The notes beneath the pieces are model-generated. The model worked only from the letters and a program-made list of their open reading frames with translations. It was not told the origin of the DNA and did not search any database. Below, in pieces: positions 24,260 through 37,800 of a stretch of 64,000 nucleotides of DNA (position 1 is its first letter; every line of letters starts with the position of its first letter). Source of the DNA: Octopus sinensis. Its lineage: Eukaryota. The stretch spans positions 28,458,001 to 28,522,000 of the forward strand of contig NC_043001.1 in NCBI RefSeq assembly GCF_006345805.1. Reading direction: 5' to 3'. The translations under genes were made by a program, and so were the position numbers.

Positions 24260-27200
24260 ATAATCCAGACTAAATATTAACCCCCATTACCCTCACTCAA
24301 TTATCCATAACCCTGCCATTATCCCCAACCCAGAAGAATCTAAAATGGTGACAAATGCAACATCAGACTAACAAAGAAAATCAAAATGCCAGCCAAAGTC
24401 AGAATAAATATCTTCAGATTCACTTACCTTTTCTGTTTCTCATTTTTCACAACAAAAGTAAAACCAGGGCGTCTAGAAAAAAAAATTTCAAAAATAAAAA
24501 AAAGAGATCTTAGCAGTGAATTACATTTAAATTTACTAACTTTGAGTTTACTATTTCAGAACAGTAAAACCCAAGAGCTATAGTTCAAACTTTGAGTTCA
24601 AATTTTGCCAGGTGTACCACTGACTTTCAAAATTATACCTATGTTTCTTGTCAAAAGAACCTAATATTTTAATAATATTTGATTATTATTATATACTCTT
24701 TTACTTGTTTCAGTCATTTGACTGTGGCCATGCTGGAGCACCACCTTTTTAGTCAAGCAAATCGACCCCAGGACTAATTCTTTGTAAGCCTAGTACTTAT
24801 TCTATCGGTCTCTTTTGCCGAACCGCTAAGTTACGGGGACCTAAACATACCAGCATCGGTTGTCAAGCAATGTTGGGGGGACAAACACAGACACACATAT
24901 ATATATATATATACGATGGACTTCTTTCAGTTTCCGTCTACCAAATCCACTCACAAGGCTTTCGTCGGCCTGAGGCTATAGTAGAAGACACTTGCCCAAG
25001 GTGCCACACAGTGGGACTGAACCCGGAACCATGTGGTTGGTAAGCAAGCTACTTACCACACAGCCACCCCTACGCCTATATATTTAATAATATTTTAAAA
25101 CATTAGGCCTCACCAAGGCAATGACTAGTGACCGAGACCTTTGGAAATATGCTGTGCTTGAGAAGACTCGGCAAGCCAAGTGAGACCATAACCTTGTGGC
25201 CTATGCCAGGGGTGTAACCAGCTCACTTATGTGTATATTTCTTTCTTTGAACACAAACTCTGCTTGCGAAGACCTGTTGAGGCAAGTGAAATCAAAATCA
25301 AATTCGATGACTGGCATCTATACTAGTGGAGCACTAAGAGCACCATCCGAGCGTGATTGTTGCCAGAGCAACAAACTGGCTTCCGTGGTGGTGGCACATA
25401 AAAAGAACCATTCGAGCGTGATCGTTACCAGCGTCACCTTATTGGCACTTGTGCCGGTGGCACGTGAAAAAACATTCAAGCGAGGTCGTTGCCAGTGCCA
25501 CTGGACTGGCTCCTGTGCAGGTGGCACATAAAAAACACCATTTGAGCATGGCCATTGCTGGTACTGCCTGACTGGCCCTCAAGCCGGTGACACATAAAAG
25601 CACCCACTACACTCTTGGAGTGGTTGGCATTAGGAAGGGCATCCAGCTGTACAAACTCTACCAGATCAGATAGGAGCCTGGTACAGCCATCTGGGTAGCC
25701 AGTCAGTCAAATTGTCCAACACATGCTAGCACTCAGTTTGTGGAAAGCAGACATCAAACGATGATGATGATGAATGCTCAGTGGAAATCAAAATCAATGA
25801 AATACACCAAGTCTATGATGTTGATGAAACTACAAATATTACTTACATATATGGTGGGGTAGGATTATGAAAGAAATTAAAGGAAACTTACAGTTTTGGA
25901 TCTCTGTTTTTCTCAATTCCCATGTAAATATTCAAATCTTCTATTCGCCACGTGGCTATTGGTGAACCCTAGTCATAAGTACACAAGAAATAGTAAACAT
26001 TTAACATATGACACCGACAGAGATAAACACGAAAACAGTTAAAGGAACAGAAATAAAAGAGAGATTACATAAATAACGAAGACTTTTGTCTTTATCCACC
26101 CCCTTTTGTGTTCTCGCCCTTTTCAAGCCTAGCCAGGCTCATGGCCTCGGTTTCCCGGTTTCTGTGGCGTATGTGTTCCCCACCCCTCCGCTGGACGGGA
26201 CGCCAGTCCATCGCAGCGATACTCAGGAAACAGCAAGAGAGAGTGAGAGAAAGTTGAGGCGAAAGAGTACAACAGGGGTCACCACCACCCCCTGCCGGAG
26301 CCTCGTGGAGCTTTTAGGTGTTTTCGCTCAATAAACACGCACAACGCCCAGTCTGGGAATTGAAACCGCGATCCTCTGACTGCGAGTCCACTGCCCTAAC
26401 CACTGGGCCATTGCGCCTCCACAAATAAATGCGCCCTTTTAAAGCCTAGCCAGGCTCATGGGCTTGGTTTCGCGGTTTCTATGGCGTATATGTTCCCGAG
26501 CTGGACGGGACGCCAGTCCATCGCAGCGTTACTATTTTTGCCAGCTGAGTGGACTGGAGCAACGCGAAATGGAGTGTTTTGCTCAAGAACACAATGCGTC
26601 ACCCGGTCCAGGATCGAAACCACAATCTTACGATCATGATGCTGACACCCTAACCACTAAGCCATGCACCTCCACTTATCTCCCTTTGGCAACTCATAAG
26701 CTTGCTCTAAGAATACAAAAAATCATCAATTTAGCATCCAGTGTTCCATGCCAGAATGAGTTACACAAGATTTAATAAGGCAGTTTTTCTACAACCAAAT
26801 GCTCTTGCTGCCACTAACCCTCACTTGTCTCCAAGTAGAAAAATCATTTCTCTTGTTCTTTTGAATAATGTGCAGCTCAGTGGCCGGACATGTTTTAGCA
26901 AAAGGTTGTTAAAGATGTTGTTGCATAGATTGCATGTTGTCTTTACACACTGCATGCAGACAAAGCAAAGACAATGTGAAGATGTGAACACAAACACACA
27001 AGGTTTTTCCTTCTTTTGGCCACAGCATCATTCATCCCTCTCCTCATCATCATTCAACGTTCAGGTTCCATGCTAATACGTATTGGATGGTTTGACAGGA
27101 TCTGATGTGTCCAAGGACTGTGCTGAAAACTATGCTTTTGCATACTTTTCACAGTTGGATGCTCTCCCTAATATCAACTACTTTACAGCATGGACTGGGT

Positions 27201-27711
27201 TGCCACCTGCACTGTCGGGGCCGCCATGCAGCTCAGAAGACTACAAACCTTGGGGGAAGGAGGGGACACCTTTTATGCAAACAGACAAAGGGGTTACTAC
27301 GAGAAGTCAGACAGAGGAGGGTCTTGTCAAGGGATCTGCATGGCTATTCACATCTAGTAGGGGAAAAGGGGAAAGACAGAGAGGGAACAATTAGTAGGAG
27401 CTGCAAGAGATAGATAATGGCAATGAGGTCTCCTGGTGGTCCTACAAGGCACAAACTGAGTGGTGAAGTAGTTTGTAAGAGATGGTGGTGGGGAACAGGG
27501 GGCAGGCAATGAAAACCTTGAAGTAAAGTGGTCTATTTTTTTTCTCTCACACTCACTCCTTAATTTTTGTATTACATATGTAGAATTCACCGAGTGAAAA
27601 CATATACTAATATGTTGTCAGTAAAACTATTATATGGAAACAATTGGTGTGTGAAAACATTTTTGTATTTTCATGAGGCGGATGTTAAACAATCATGATG
27701 ATCTTTATATT

Positions 27712-27742
<31 letters not shown>

Positions 27743-27781
27743 ATACATGTACACACATATACATACATACATATATATATA

Positions 27782-27825
<44 letters not shown>

Positions 27826-30800
27826 TAAATTAGAGATAAAACCACTATTAGGCAAATCAAACAATGAAAAACTTAAGCCAATACATAAGATTAATTAATT
27901 TATATTATTTTAAATATATATCAAAATTATTATACTCATTATCTTTTTTTAATAATTTTGATATATATTTAAAATAATATAATTAATTAATCTTATGTAT
28001 TGGCTTAAGGTTTTCATTGTTTGATTTGCCTAATAGTGGTTTTATCTCTAATTTAATATAATATAATATTTTACTATAAAATTGGATTCAATCCTAAATC
28101 TGATTTTTCCCTGTAAGTTTGGATTTATTCCCTAATATTTTATTATATATATATATCCCATGCTAGCATGGAAAGCGGACGCTAAATGATGATAATGATG
28201 ATGATGATATTTATATGTATCTGTGTGTTTGTGTGGATAAAAAACTATTCATCCCTTGTGTTAAAAACACAAAAATTGTTTTATTTAAGCAATGTGTGTG
28301 TGTGTGTGCACGCACAATAGGCTTCCTGCAGATTCCATCAATACTCAGAGAGAATTGGTCAGCCTGTGGCTACAATAGATTTGCCCACAGTTCCACGCAG
28401 TGGGAATGAAACTGAAGCCATGTCACTACAAAACACTTCTTAACCATCACACAGTCACGTCTGGGCCTATTTCATGCATATCTTCATCATCACCAGCATC
28501 ACTATTTTACATCCATTTACATCATGGTGGTGCCAAGTAAAAGTACCTGCGCAGCGACACGCAAAAGGACCCATGAGGCGACACATAAAAGCACCGGTAC
28601 GGAGACACATAAAAGGGTCCATGTGGCGAGATGTAGAAGCACTCATGCGGCAATACATAAAAGCACCCATGTGATGACACATAAAAGCATCCATGCAGCG
28701 ACACATAAAAACACCCATGTGGCGACATGTAAAAGCATTCATGCGGCGACACATAAAGGCATCCATGTGGCGACACATAAAAGCACCCATGCAGCAACAT
28801 GTAAAAGCACCCGCGTAGCGACACATAAAAGCACCCATATGGCAACACATAAAAGCACCCATGTGGTGACACATAAAACCACTCATGCACATAAAAGCAT
28901 CCAACACACACTGTGAATTGGTTGGCATTATGGAGGGCATCCAGTCATAGAAACCATGCCAAATCAGAGTGGAATCTGGTGCAGCCCCACCTGCTTGCTG
29001 ACTCTGGTCACACTGTCCAACCATGCCAGCATGGGCAATGGATGATAAATGATGATGATGATGATGACATTCCCTGTTGACACAGATTAGACTGTTTGAC
29101 AGGATTTGACAGGCTGCAGGACAGCATTCAACTCTAATGTCGGCTTTGCAATTGCTTCTATGGCCAGAAACCCTTCTAATGTTAATGACTTTACTGGATG
29201 CTCTTTTTTTTGCGACCTCTGCCTTACTGAGGTCACCATGCACCTTGCAAGCAAAAAGAAGGAAAAGTCTTCTCATCTGAGAGGCAGGTGCATTTAAGTG
29301 GAGGTGGGGTCAGGTGTTGAGAGGCTAAAGTACAATAGACAGACAATTGCAGGAGATACATGGTTACCCTGCATTATACAAGGGGGAGTGGGAGTAGCTG
29401 AAAAGAAGATAAAGGTGATGAGGGGCCAGGGTGAACTCTCAAGATACAAGAAAGTAGGCGTAAGAGAGAATAATGAGAGTGGATGGGGGGAGGGTAATTT
29501 CATAAGAGTGAAAGGAGAGTAAAAGATGTTTAGAGATGAAGGTAGAGATAAATATAGTGAGTGATAAATAAGGGTGGTTGATGAGAGATATCAGTACAGG
29601 GTCAGGCAAAATGATCTGACACATTTGTAGGTTAAATAAAAGGCATTGTTTTTCGTTTCTTTTTCAGTTGCTGCCATGAATTGGACTGGTGAGCATCACG
29701 CTTTCATTGTGGAAACGTTTATCAAAACAAACGATTCTGTAACTGCAACACAAAGAGCGTTCCGTTTGCACTTCAATCTTGGTAGACATGATCCCGTACC
29801 AGCTCGAAACACGATCTTGTTATGGGTTACCAACTTCAGAGCTACTGGATCTGCATTGAAACGAAAATCAACCGGCCGACCTCGCACCGCCAGAACTTAA
29901 AGATGTAATTCGTCAAGAAATTACTGCCATTCCACATGAAATGACCCACCAAGTTATTGACAACTTTCGTGAACGCCTTCGACAGTGTGTGGACAATAAT
30001 GGATCCCATTTGACTGATTTAATTTTTAAAACATAATGAAACAAAATGGCATTATATGTACTTTTCAAAAATAAAAACACATCTTTGTTTCTTTACTTCA
30101 TTTGCCTTTTATTTAACCTACAAATGTGTCAGATCATTTTGCCTGACCCTGTATGTATATATATTGATATTATGGGATGGCACATGGCCTAGTGGTTAGG
30201 GTGTGGCATTCATGATCAAGAGGTCATGGGTTTGACTCACAGATCAGGCAGTGCTTTGTGTTCTTAACCAAAACACTTCATCTCACATTGCTCTGCAATC
30301 TCATCAGCATCTGACATGTGGCACACCATGTACTTGTACAGACAATGTCAATTTGATGGAAGAAGTAAGCAAGTATGCAACACAAACATTTGATCCTTAT
30401 AGACAAATCATCTGTGTGCAGATTGTTCAGCAACAAATTATAGAACCCTCATCTGTCATCTGCAACAGGAGACTCCAAGATAAACAATATACTGTTAATT
30501 TTCACAAAAATAATGTGTGTACAGACACAAGTGCGGCTGTGTGGTAAGAAGCTTATCCTTACATATGTCACATCTATTTTCATTCCTCCACTTCACTCTG
30601 TATTTCATATCGTCTCTATAATAATTATTACTTAAACATTTTCTCGCACCGTCTCCAATGAAGGGATATATAAAATATCCTGGAAACAGCTGTAAGATCT
30701 CTTTATAAATGTTCTGAAATCTATTCACCGCATTGGATTTTTCTATATATATATATAGGTGCAGGAGTGGCTGTGTGGTAAATAGTTTGCTTACCAACCA

Positions 30801-31809
30801 CATGGTTCCAGGTTCAGTCCTACTATGTGGTACCTTGGGCAAGTGTCTTCTACTATAGCCTTGGACCGACCAAAGCCCAGTGAGTGGATTTGGTAGATGG
30901 AAACTGAAAGAAGCCCATAATATATGTATGCATGTATATATTTATATGTGTGTGTCTTTGTGTTTATGTTTGTTTCCTCACCATTGCTTGACAACTGATG
31001 TTGGTGTGTTTATGTCTCTGTAACTTAACAGTTTGGCAAAAGAGACCGATAGAATAAGTACTAGGCTTTACAAGAATGCATCCTGGGGTTGATTTCTTCA
31101 ACTAAAAAACCCTTTAAGGTGATGCTGCAGTATGGCCACAGTCAAATAACTGAAACAAGTAAAAGAATAAAAGAATGTGTGTATGTGTGTGTGTCAATAT
31201 AAACAAAAAAGAAAATAACTTCTAAGGCAACACTAACCTTTGTATCTTTATAATAAGACAATTTAGCTTGGGAAAATTCAAACCAATATTTGCGACACAC
31301 TTTCTTTTCACAAAATTCAAGCTCGGCCATAAGAGTTTTGCTGGGATCAAACTGTAATTGTAAAAAATTAAAGCAGAATTATAATAACCCGTTTAATGCA
31401 GTAATGAACAAACACTATAAAATTAAACACAGAGAATAAATAACTCATTAGTTACTGAAATAAATAATAATTAATCACTTACTAATATTGATGAGGTTTT
31501 TTTTTTTTGTTCACAGCATAATGATTTTAATTATTTCTACATAGCTTCTCAATGTTTCCTTCATCAAATGATGACATTAACTTACTGATAATATACTCAA
31601 ATTCTCTATTTTTTTTTGTCATGTAAAATAAAAAAAAAACCTTGAAAATTACTGAGTGGTTGTGTGGCAATTAGCTTGCTTACCAACCACACGGTTCTGG
31701 GTTCAGTCCCACTGTGTGGCACCCTGGGCAAGTGTCTTCTACTATAGCCTCAGGACGACTAAAGCCTTGAGTGGATTTAGTAGATGGAAACTGAAAGAAG
31801 CCCGTCATG

Positions 31810-31840
<31 letters not shown>

Positions 31841-34800
31841 ATAAATGTTTGTGTGTCTGCGCTTGTACTCCCATCATCACTTCACAACTGAAGCTGGTGT
31901 GTTTACATCCCTGTAACTTAGTGAGTTGGCAAAAGAGACCGATAGGTTTACAAAGATAATTGCTTGACTAAAAGGCAGTGCTCCAGCATGCCACAGTCAA
32001 ATGACTGAAACAAATAAAAGAATGCATCTTTCATAAACCTAGTTGATAATTGTAGAACGGTTAAAATGAAGAACAGCAAAGCACCACATAGATAGCCACT
32101 GTCTGGTGATTTCGCTCAATGATGCATAGGAGAATTCCACTGGTTTACCTAGTCATTTTGTCTGAAGACAGGCATTTAGTGGAGGGGTTTTTGGTGAGCA
32201 TAAGAAAATGCTTTCCTACAACGATATTTCTTCTGGTTCTTTATGCCTTCCATTCAAATACACCAAGGTCAAATTTTGCCATTTATCCATTTAACTGAGC
32301 AACACCCCACTCTTCTAGATGGTTAGCTTTGTCCCTAACTTGAAGTAATTAGTAATTTTTTGAAGATGGTGAGCTGGTAGAATCATTAGATTGTGGACAA
32401 AATACTGCTAAGCATTTTGTCTGATTCACTTCATGATCTGAGTTCAAACTCTGCCAAGATCAACTTTTCCTGTCATCCATTCTAAGTACCAGTGGAGTAC
32501 TGGGTTTGACATAATCAACTTCTCCCTGTCCTCAAAAACTGCTGGCCCTGTGCCAAAATTTGAGACTATTATTATTATTATAGGATATTATTTACCTTGG
32601 ATCGTGGGGCAACCTGCTGTGCTTGAGGAGACCTATCGAGTCAAGTACATCAACATCAAATGGAATTGTAGTTGTGATACCCGTGCCAGTGGCACATAAA
32701 AAGCACCATCCAAATGTGGCCGATGCCAGCCTCCTCTAGCCCCTGTGCTGGTGATACATAAAAAGCACGCACTACACTCATGGAGTGGTTGGCGTTAGGA
32801 AGGGCATCCAGCTGTAGAAACACTGCCAGATGAGACTGGAGCCTGGTGCAGCCTCCTGGCTTCCCAGACCCTGGTTGAACCATCCAACCCATGCTAGCAT
32901 GGAAAACGGATGTTAAACAATGATGATGATGATGATCTTGTTGGGATTGATAAAACAACAGTCAAGCACTAGGGTCAATAGAATTGACTAACCCCTTCTA
33001 AAATTACTGACCATGCACCAAAATTTCAAATCTTTATATTATTGGCATTGGTGAGGGATTGAAACAGAGATTATACATTGCTCTTCAACACTAACTAGAA
33101 ATTCTATTAAAATTTTGAAAGTAAATAACTATTCATAGGGGTAGGAGTGGCTGTGGGGTAAGTAGCTTGCTTACCAACCACATGGTTCCGGGTTCAGTGG
33201 CACCTTGGGCAAGTGTCTTCTACTATAGCCTCAGGCCGACCAAAGCCTTGTGAGTGGATTTAGTAGGCGGAAATTGAAAGCTCGTCGTATATATGTATAT
33301 ATATGTATGTGTGTGTGTGTATGTGTTTGTGTTTGTCCCCCAACATTGCTTGACAACCGATGCTGGTGTGTTACGTCCCCGTAACTTAGCGGTTCAGCAA
33401 AAGAGACCGATGGAGTAAGTACTAGGCTTACAAAGAATAAGTCCTGGGATCGATTTGCTCGACTAAAGGCGGTGCTCCAGCATGGCCGCAGTCAAATGAC
33501 TGAAACAAGTAAAAGAGTAAATAGTAAAATAGTGATGTACTACACAAGAACTCTTTCCACTTTTATGAGAAGAGTTTCGAAATATTAAATTTACTTACAT
33601 ATTCTTTGAAGTTGAGACACAGATGAGACTGTTTGACCAGCAAACGAGTCTCTCGAGCATCAGTTTCATCCCAGAATTTATATTGGCCGAGAACATCTTC
33701 TATATTTTCTGTAGAATGTATTGGTCGTTCTGTGAAGGCAAAGTGCAAATACATAAGTCAACTTTAATTTAGTAATGTAATAAGAAATTCATCTTTTAAA
33801 AGCAGTCATTTATAACAAATTATACAAGTGAAGAAATGTGGCTTAGTGGTTAGGGCATTCGGCTCATGATCGTAAGGTCATGAGTTCAATTCCCAGCGGC
33901 CTGTTGTGTCCTTGAGCAAGACACTTTATTTCACGTTGCTCGAGTTCACTCAGCTGGCAAAAATAAGTTTTTTTTTCTGTTCACAGCATAATGATTTTAA
34001 TTATTTCTACATAGCTTCTCAATGTTTCCTTCATCAAATGATGACACTAACTTACTGATAATATATTCAAATTCTCTATTTTATGTCATGTAAAAAAACA
34101 AAAAAAACCTTGAAAATTACTGAGTGGCTGTGTAGTAAGTAGCTTGCTTACCAACCACATGGTCGCGGGTTCAGTCCCACTTTATTTCACATTGCTCAAG
34201 TCCACTCAGCTGGCAAAAATAAGTAGTACCTGTATTTCAAAGAGCCAGCCTTGTCAAACTCTGTGTCATGCTGAATCTCCCTGAGAACTACATTAAGGGT
34301 CTGTGGAGTGGTCAGCCACTTGCATATTAATTTCATGAGCAAGCTGTTCCATTGATTGTATCGGCTGGGACCCTCATCATCATAACCAACTGAGTATTCC
34401 TCATACAACAATAATAAAATGTTTTAAAAGTCTTTCTAAATTTCAATTACAGAGGTAGTGACGAGAGTACCGAGGTATCTGGTGCCTTGTTGTATTCAAC
34501 AAGACGGGGGAGCGGTACATGTGTGTCTTTGCATCTGTATTTGTTCCCGCCACTGCTTGAGAACTGATGTTGGTTTGTTTACATCTCCATAACTTAGTGG
34601 CTCAACAAAAGAAATCAATAGAAGAAGTTCTAGATCTAAAAACATAAAAGTACTGGGGTCAGTTCATATGACTGAAATCCTTCAAGGCAGAGCCCCAGCA
34701 TGGCCGCAGTCTAATGACTGAAACAAGTAATAAATAAAAACATAATAATATATACCTAGTGTTCCATTGCAGACAGTTTCATAAAGAATCCAGTCGACGC

Positions 34801-37800
34801 CCTTCAGACAAATTTTAGGTTGAACCCTTTCTAAAACATCTCCACTATTCATAGACCAGGAAACCTAAAATGACAGAAAAATGGAAAATGTTAATTCAAC
34901 CGAAAGTAGGAACTGAAATAATGAGTTAAGAATGACGCATGTAGCTATGGATATATATCACTTACAATAGAGAATTCTCCAGAGAATATGGCTTTACAGC
35001 AAAAAGAATATAACAACATAAATCGAAATCTTTCAACATCAATGGAAATTGTAGCTGAGATACCAGTGCCGGTGGCATGTAAGAGAACCATCCAAATGTG
35101 GCCGTTGCCAGCGCCGCCCCGACTGGCCTCCATGCCGGTGGCACGTAAAAAGCACCATCAGATTGTGGCCGTTGCCAGCCTCATCTGGCCCCCGTGTCGG
35201 TGGCACGTAAAAAGCACCGTCCGATCGTGGCCGTTTGCCAACCTCATCTGGCACCTGTGCAGGTGGCACATAAAAAGCACCCACTACAGTCTCGGAGTGG
35301 TTGGCGTTAGGAAGGGCATCCAGCTGTAGAAACACTGCCAGATCAGACTGGGCCTGGCGCAGCCTTCTGGCTTCCCAGACCCCAGTTGAACCGTCCAACC
35401 CATGCTAGCATGGAAAATGGACGTTAAACGATGATGATGATGATGATGATGAAACCCAGCTATTTAGTCAGAATTCATCATCATCATCATCATCATCATT
35501 TAACATCTGCTGTTCATACTGGCATGGGTTGGATGGTTTGACCAGAGCTGTTGAGTCTGATTTAGTATGGTTTCTATGGATTGCACAGATGCCTCACAAG
35601 TGTATAGAAAAAGATCCTAAACTTTCACATATAAGAGATGAACAGCATAAAGGAAACAAATTATGAACTAGGTGGTGCACACAAGCGTGCGGTGTGTGTG
35701 AAAGATTGTTAACATTTGGTGTGTTGTCAAAACAAAACTGCCAAAAGGTAAAAGAGCAAAGATGGTGATTCTATAAACTGAGCATGAAAATCTATAAACA
35801 AAGGTTGGTAGTTTTCTCTGTTGCTTTGTGACTGATTATGAAGGGCCACAACAAGTACTGCAACACAGTTCGGGAATAGGTCCATCCAACCAATGCCAGC
35901 ATGATGAGAGTCTTCATTTAAATAAGAACAACATGAAGGAGATTTTGACTCAGCCTCAGGTAGATTGGTCAAAGAATAGTCAACATAATTATTCAATGGA
36001 TGTGATTGTTACGAATTTATTTATTTATTTATTTAGAGATAGGGAGAGTAAGAGTGAGTGAGAGTCGGAGCGAGTGAGAGTCAGAGGGAGTGAAAGTCAG
36101 AGGGAGTGAGTGAGATTCAGAGGGAGTGAGTGAGATTCAGAGGGGGTGAGTGAGATTCAGAGGGGGTGAGTGAGATTCAGAGGGGGTGAGTGAGATTCAG
36201 AGGGGGTGAGTGAGATTCAGAGGGGGTGAGTGAGATTCAGAGGGGGTGAGTGAGATTCAGAGGGAGTGAGTGAGATTCAGAGGGAGTGAGTGAGATTCAG
36301 AGGGAGTGAGTGAGATTCAGAGGGAGTGAGTGAGATTCAGAGGGAGTGAGTGAGATTCAGAGTGAGTGAGTGAGAGTCAGAAGGAGTGAGTGAGATTCAG
36401 AAGGAGTGAGTGAGATTCAGAGGGAATGAGTGAGATTCAGAGGGAGTGAGTGAGATTCAGAGGGAGTGAGTGAGATTCAGAGGGAGTGAGAGAGTGTCAG
36501 AGTGAGTGAGAGAGAGAGGGTGTTTGTGTGTACTTACAGTGGTTGCTATTGGTTGAGAATCGTAGACACCCACATACAAATGAAGCAGCAAAGAATCAGA
36601 TACCACAGAAACCTGAAAAGAGGAAATACATAAACATATAAGTGTCTTGGATCTCACAAACCCACATTTTTGGGGGGGAGGGGGGGGGCTATGTATTTCA
36701 TTTACTTACATTTCCCATCATTCTCTCCGAATCTGTTACATTCAAAAAATAAGTTTAAATCCCTCATCGTTTGTCCATTTATAAAATTGAAATCTTTCAA
36801 TAGCTCACCTTTAAAAATCTCTCTCTAGCACATATATGCCTGCTACCTTTCTTGCAGCTTTGATATCTCATCCCTTTCTATCACTCACTCTCTCTTCTAT
36901 TTTTTTTCTTTTATTGTCACCCTTATCAAGCCTAGCCAGGCTCATGGGCCTGGTTTCCCAGTTTCTGTAGCGTATGTGTTCCCCCCAGCTGGACAGGATG
37001 CCAGTCCATCGCAGTGTTACTCAAGAAACAGGAAGAGAGAGTGAGAGAAAATTGTGGCAAAAAAGTACAGCAGGGGTCGCCACCACCACCTGCCGGAGCC
37101 TAATGAAGCCTTTAGGTGCTTTCGCTCAATAAACACACACAACACCCGGTCTGGGAATTGAAACAGCGATCCTCTGACTGCGAGTCCGCTGCTCTAACCA
37201 CTGGGCCATTGCACCTCCACTCTCTTCTATTTACTATACTAAAACTATGCTATCTATGTGACAAAAAATGGCTGTAGATCTTCTAGTTCAATGCAACATG
37301 TTGCCTATTTAAGTAAGGATGGCAGTGGACCTCTCCTATTTACTGTATCATGATACTTGTGTAAGTATGGAAAAGACAAAATCTGTCTGGTACTCATCTG
37401 CTCTCCTATTCATCTTACCACATTGTTCATATAACCAGGGATTGCACTAGAGACATCCCTATCCTATCCCCATCAACCTGATCATTCTACCTTGCTCACT
37501 TTTAAATAATCCCTTAAACATACTTCATCAGATCTATGTTTCGGAGATTGCACTGGATCTATTTTATCAAATACACTCAAACATCATCCTTTCTGTATCA
37601 CAAATCATTTCTCCTTCTACCACTAGGACACTTGTGACTGACAGTCATCACTCTCTCTTACCACTGCCCATCCCTATTACTATTTATCACTTTCTTTCTC
37701 CCTCTACAACCCTCTTATCTCAATCATTCAATTCTACCATCATACACTTCCTCACTCCACCTGCTCATTTTGGTTCTCTTTTCACACAATCTGTGTCATC

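Noticed and set aside
28467-29276. 269-aa Cys/Met-rich ORF as a gene
   Set aside because: Composed of a 24-bp minisatellite plus a family F tail; no splice or domain support.
30563-30713. GT-AG-bounded 151-nt open frame (NIYKEILQLFPGYF...) in intron 19-20
   Set aside because: Phase 0 to 1 is incompatible with the 0/0 flanking exons and there is no PH similarity; at most a poison exon, unsupported.
34965-34990. Micro-exon AIFSGEFSI resembling the RA start
   Set aside because: The RA start is already supplied by exon 16, and the 26-nt length breaks the frame.
36053-36510. CRISPR-like array
   Set aside because: Head-to-tail repeat with no unique spacers, in a eukaryotic intron.
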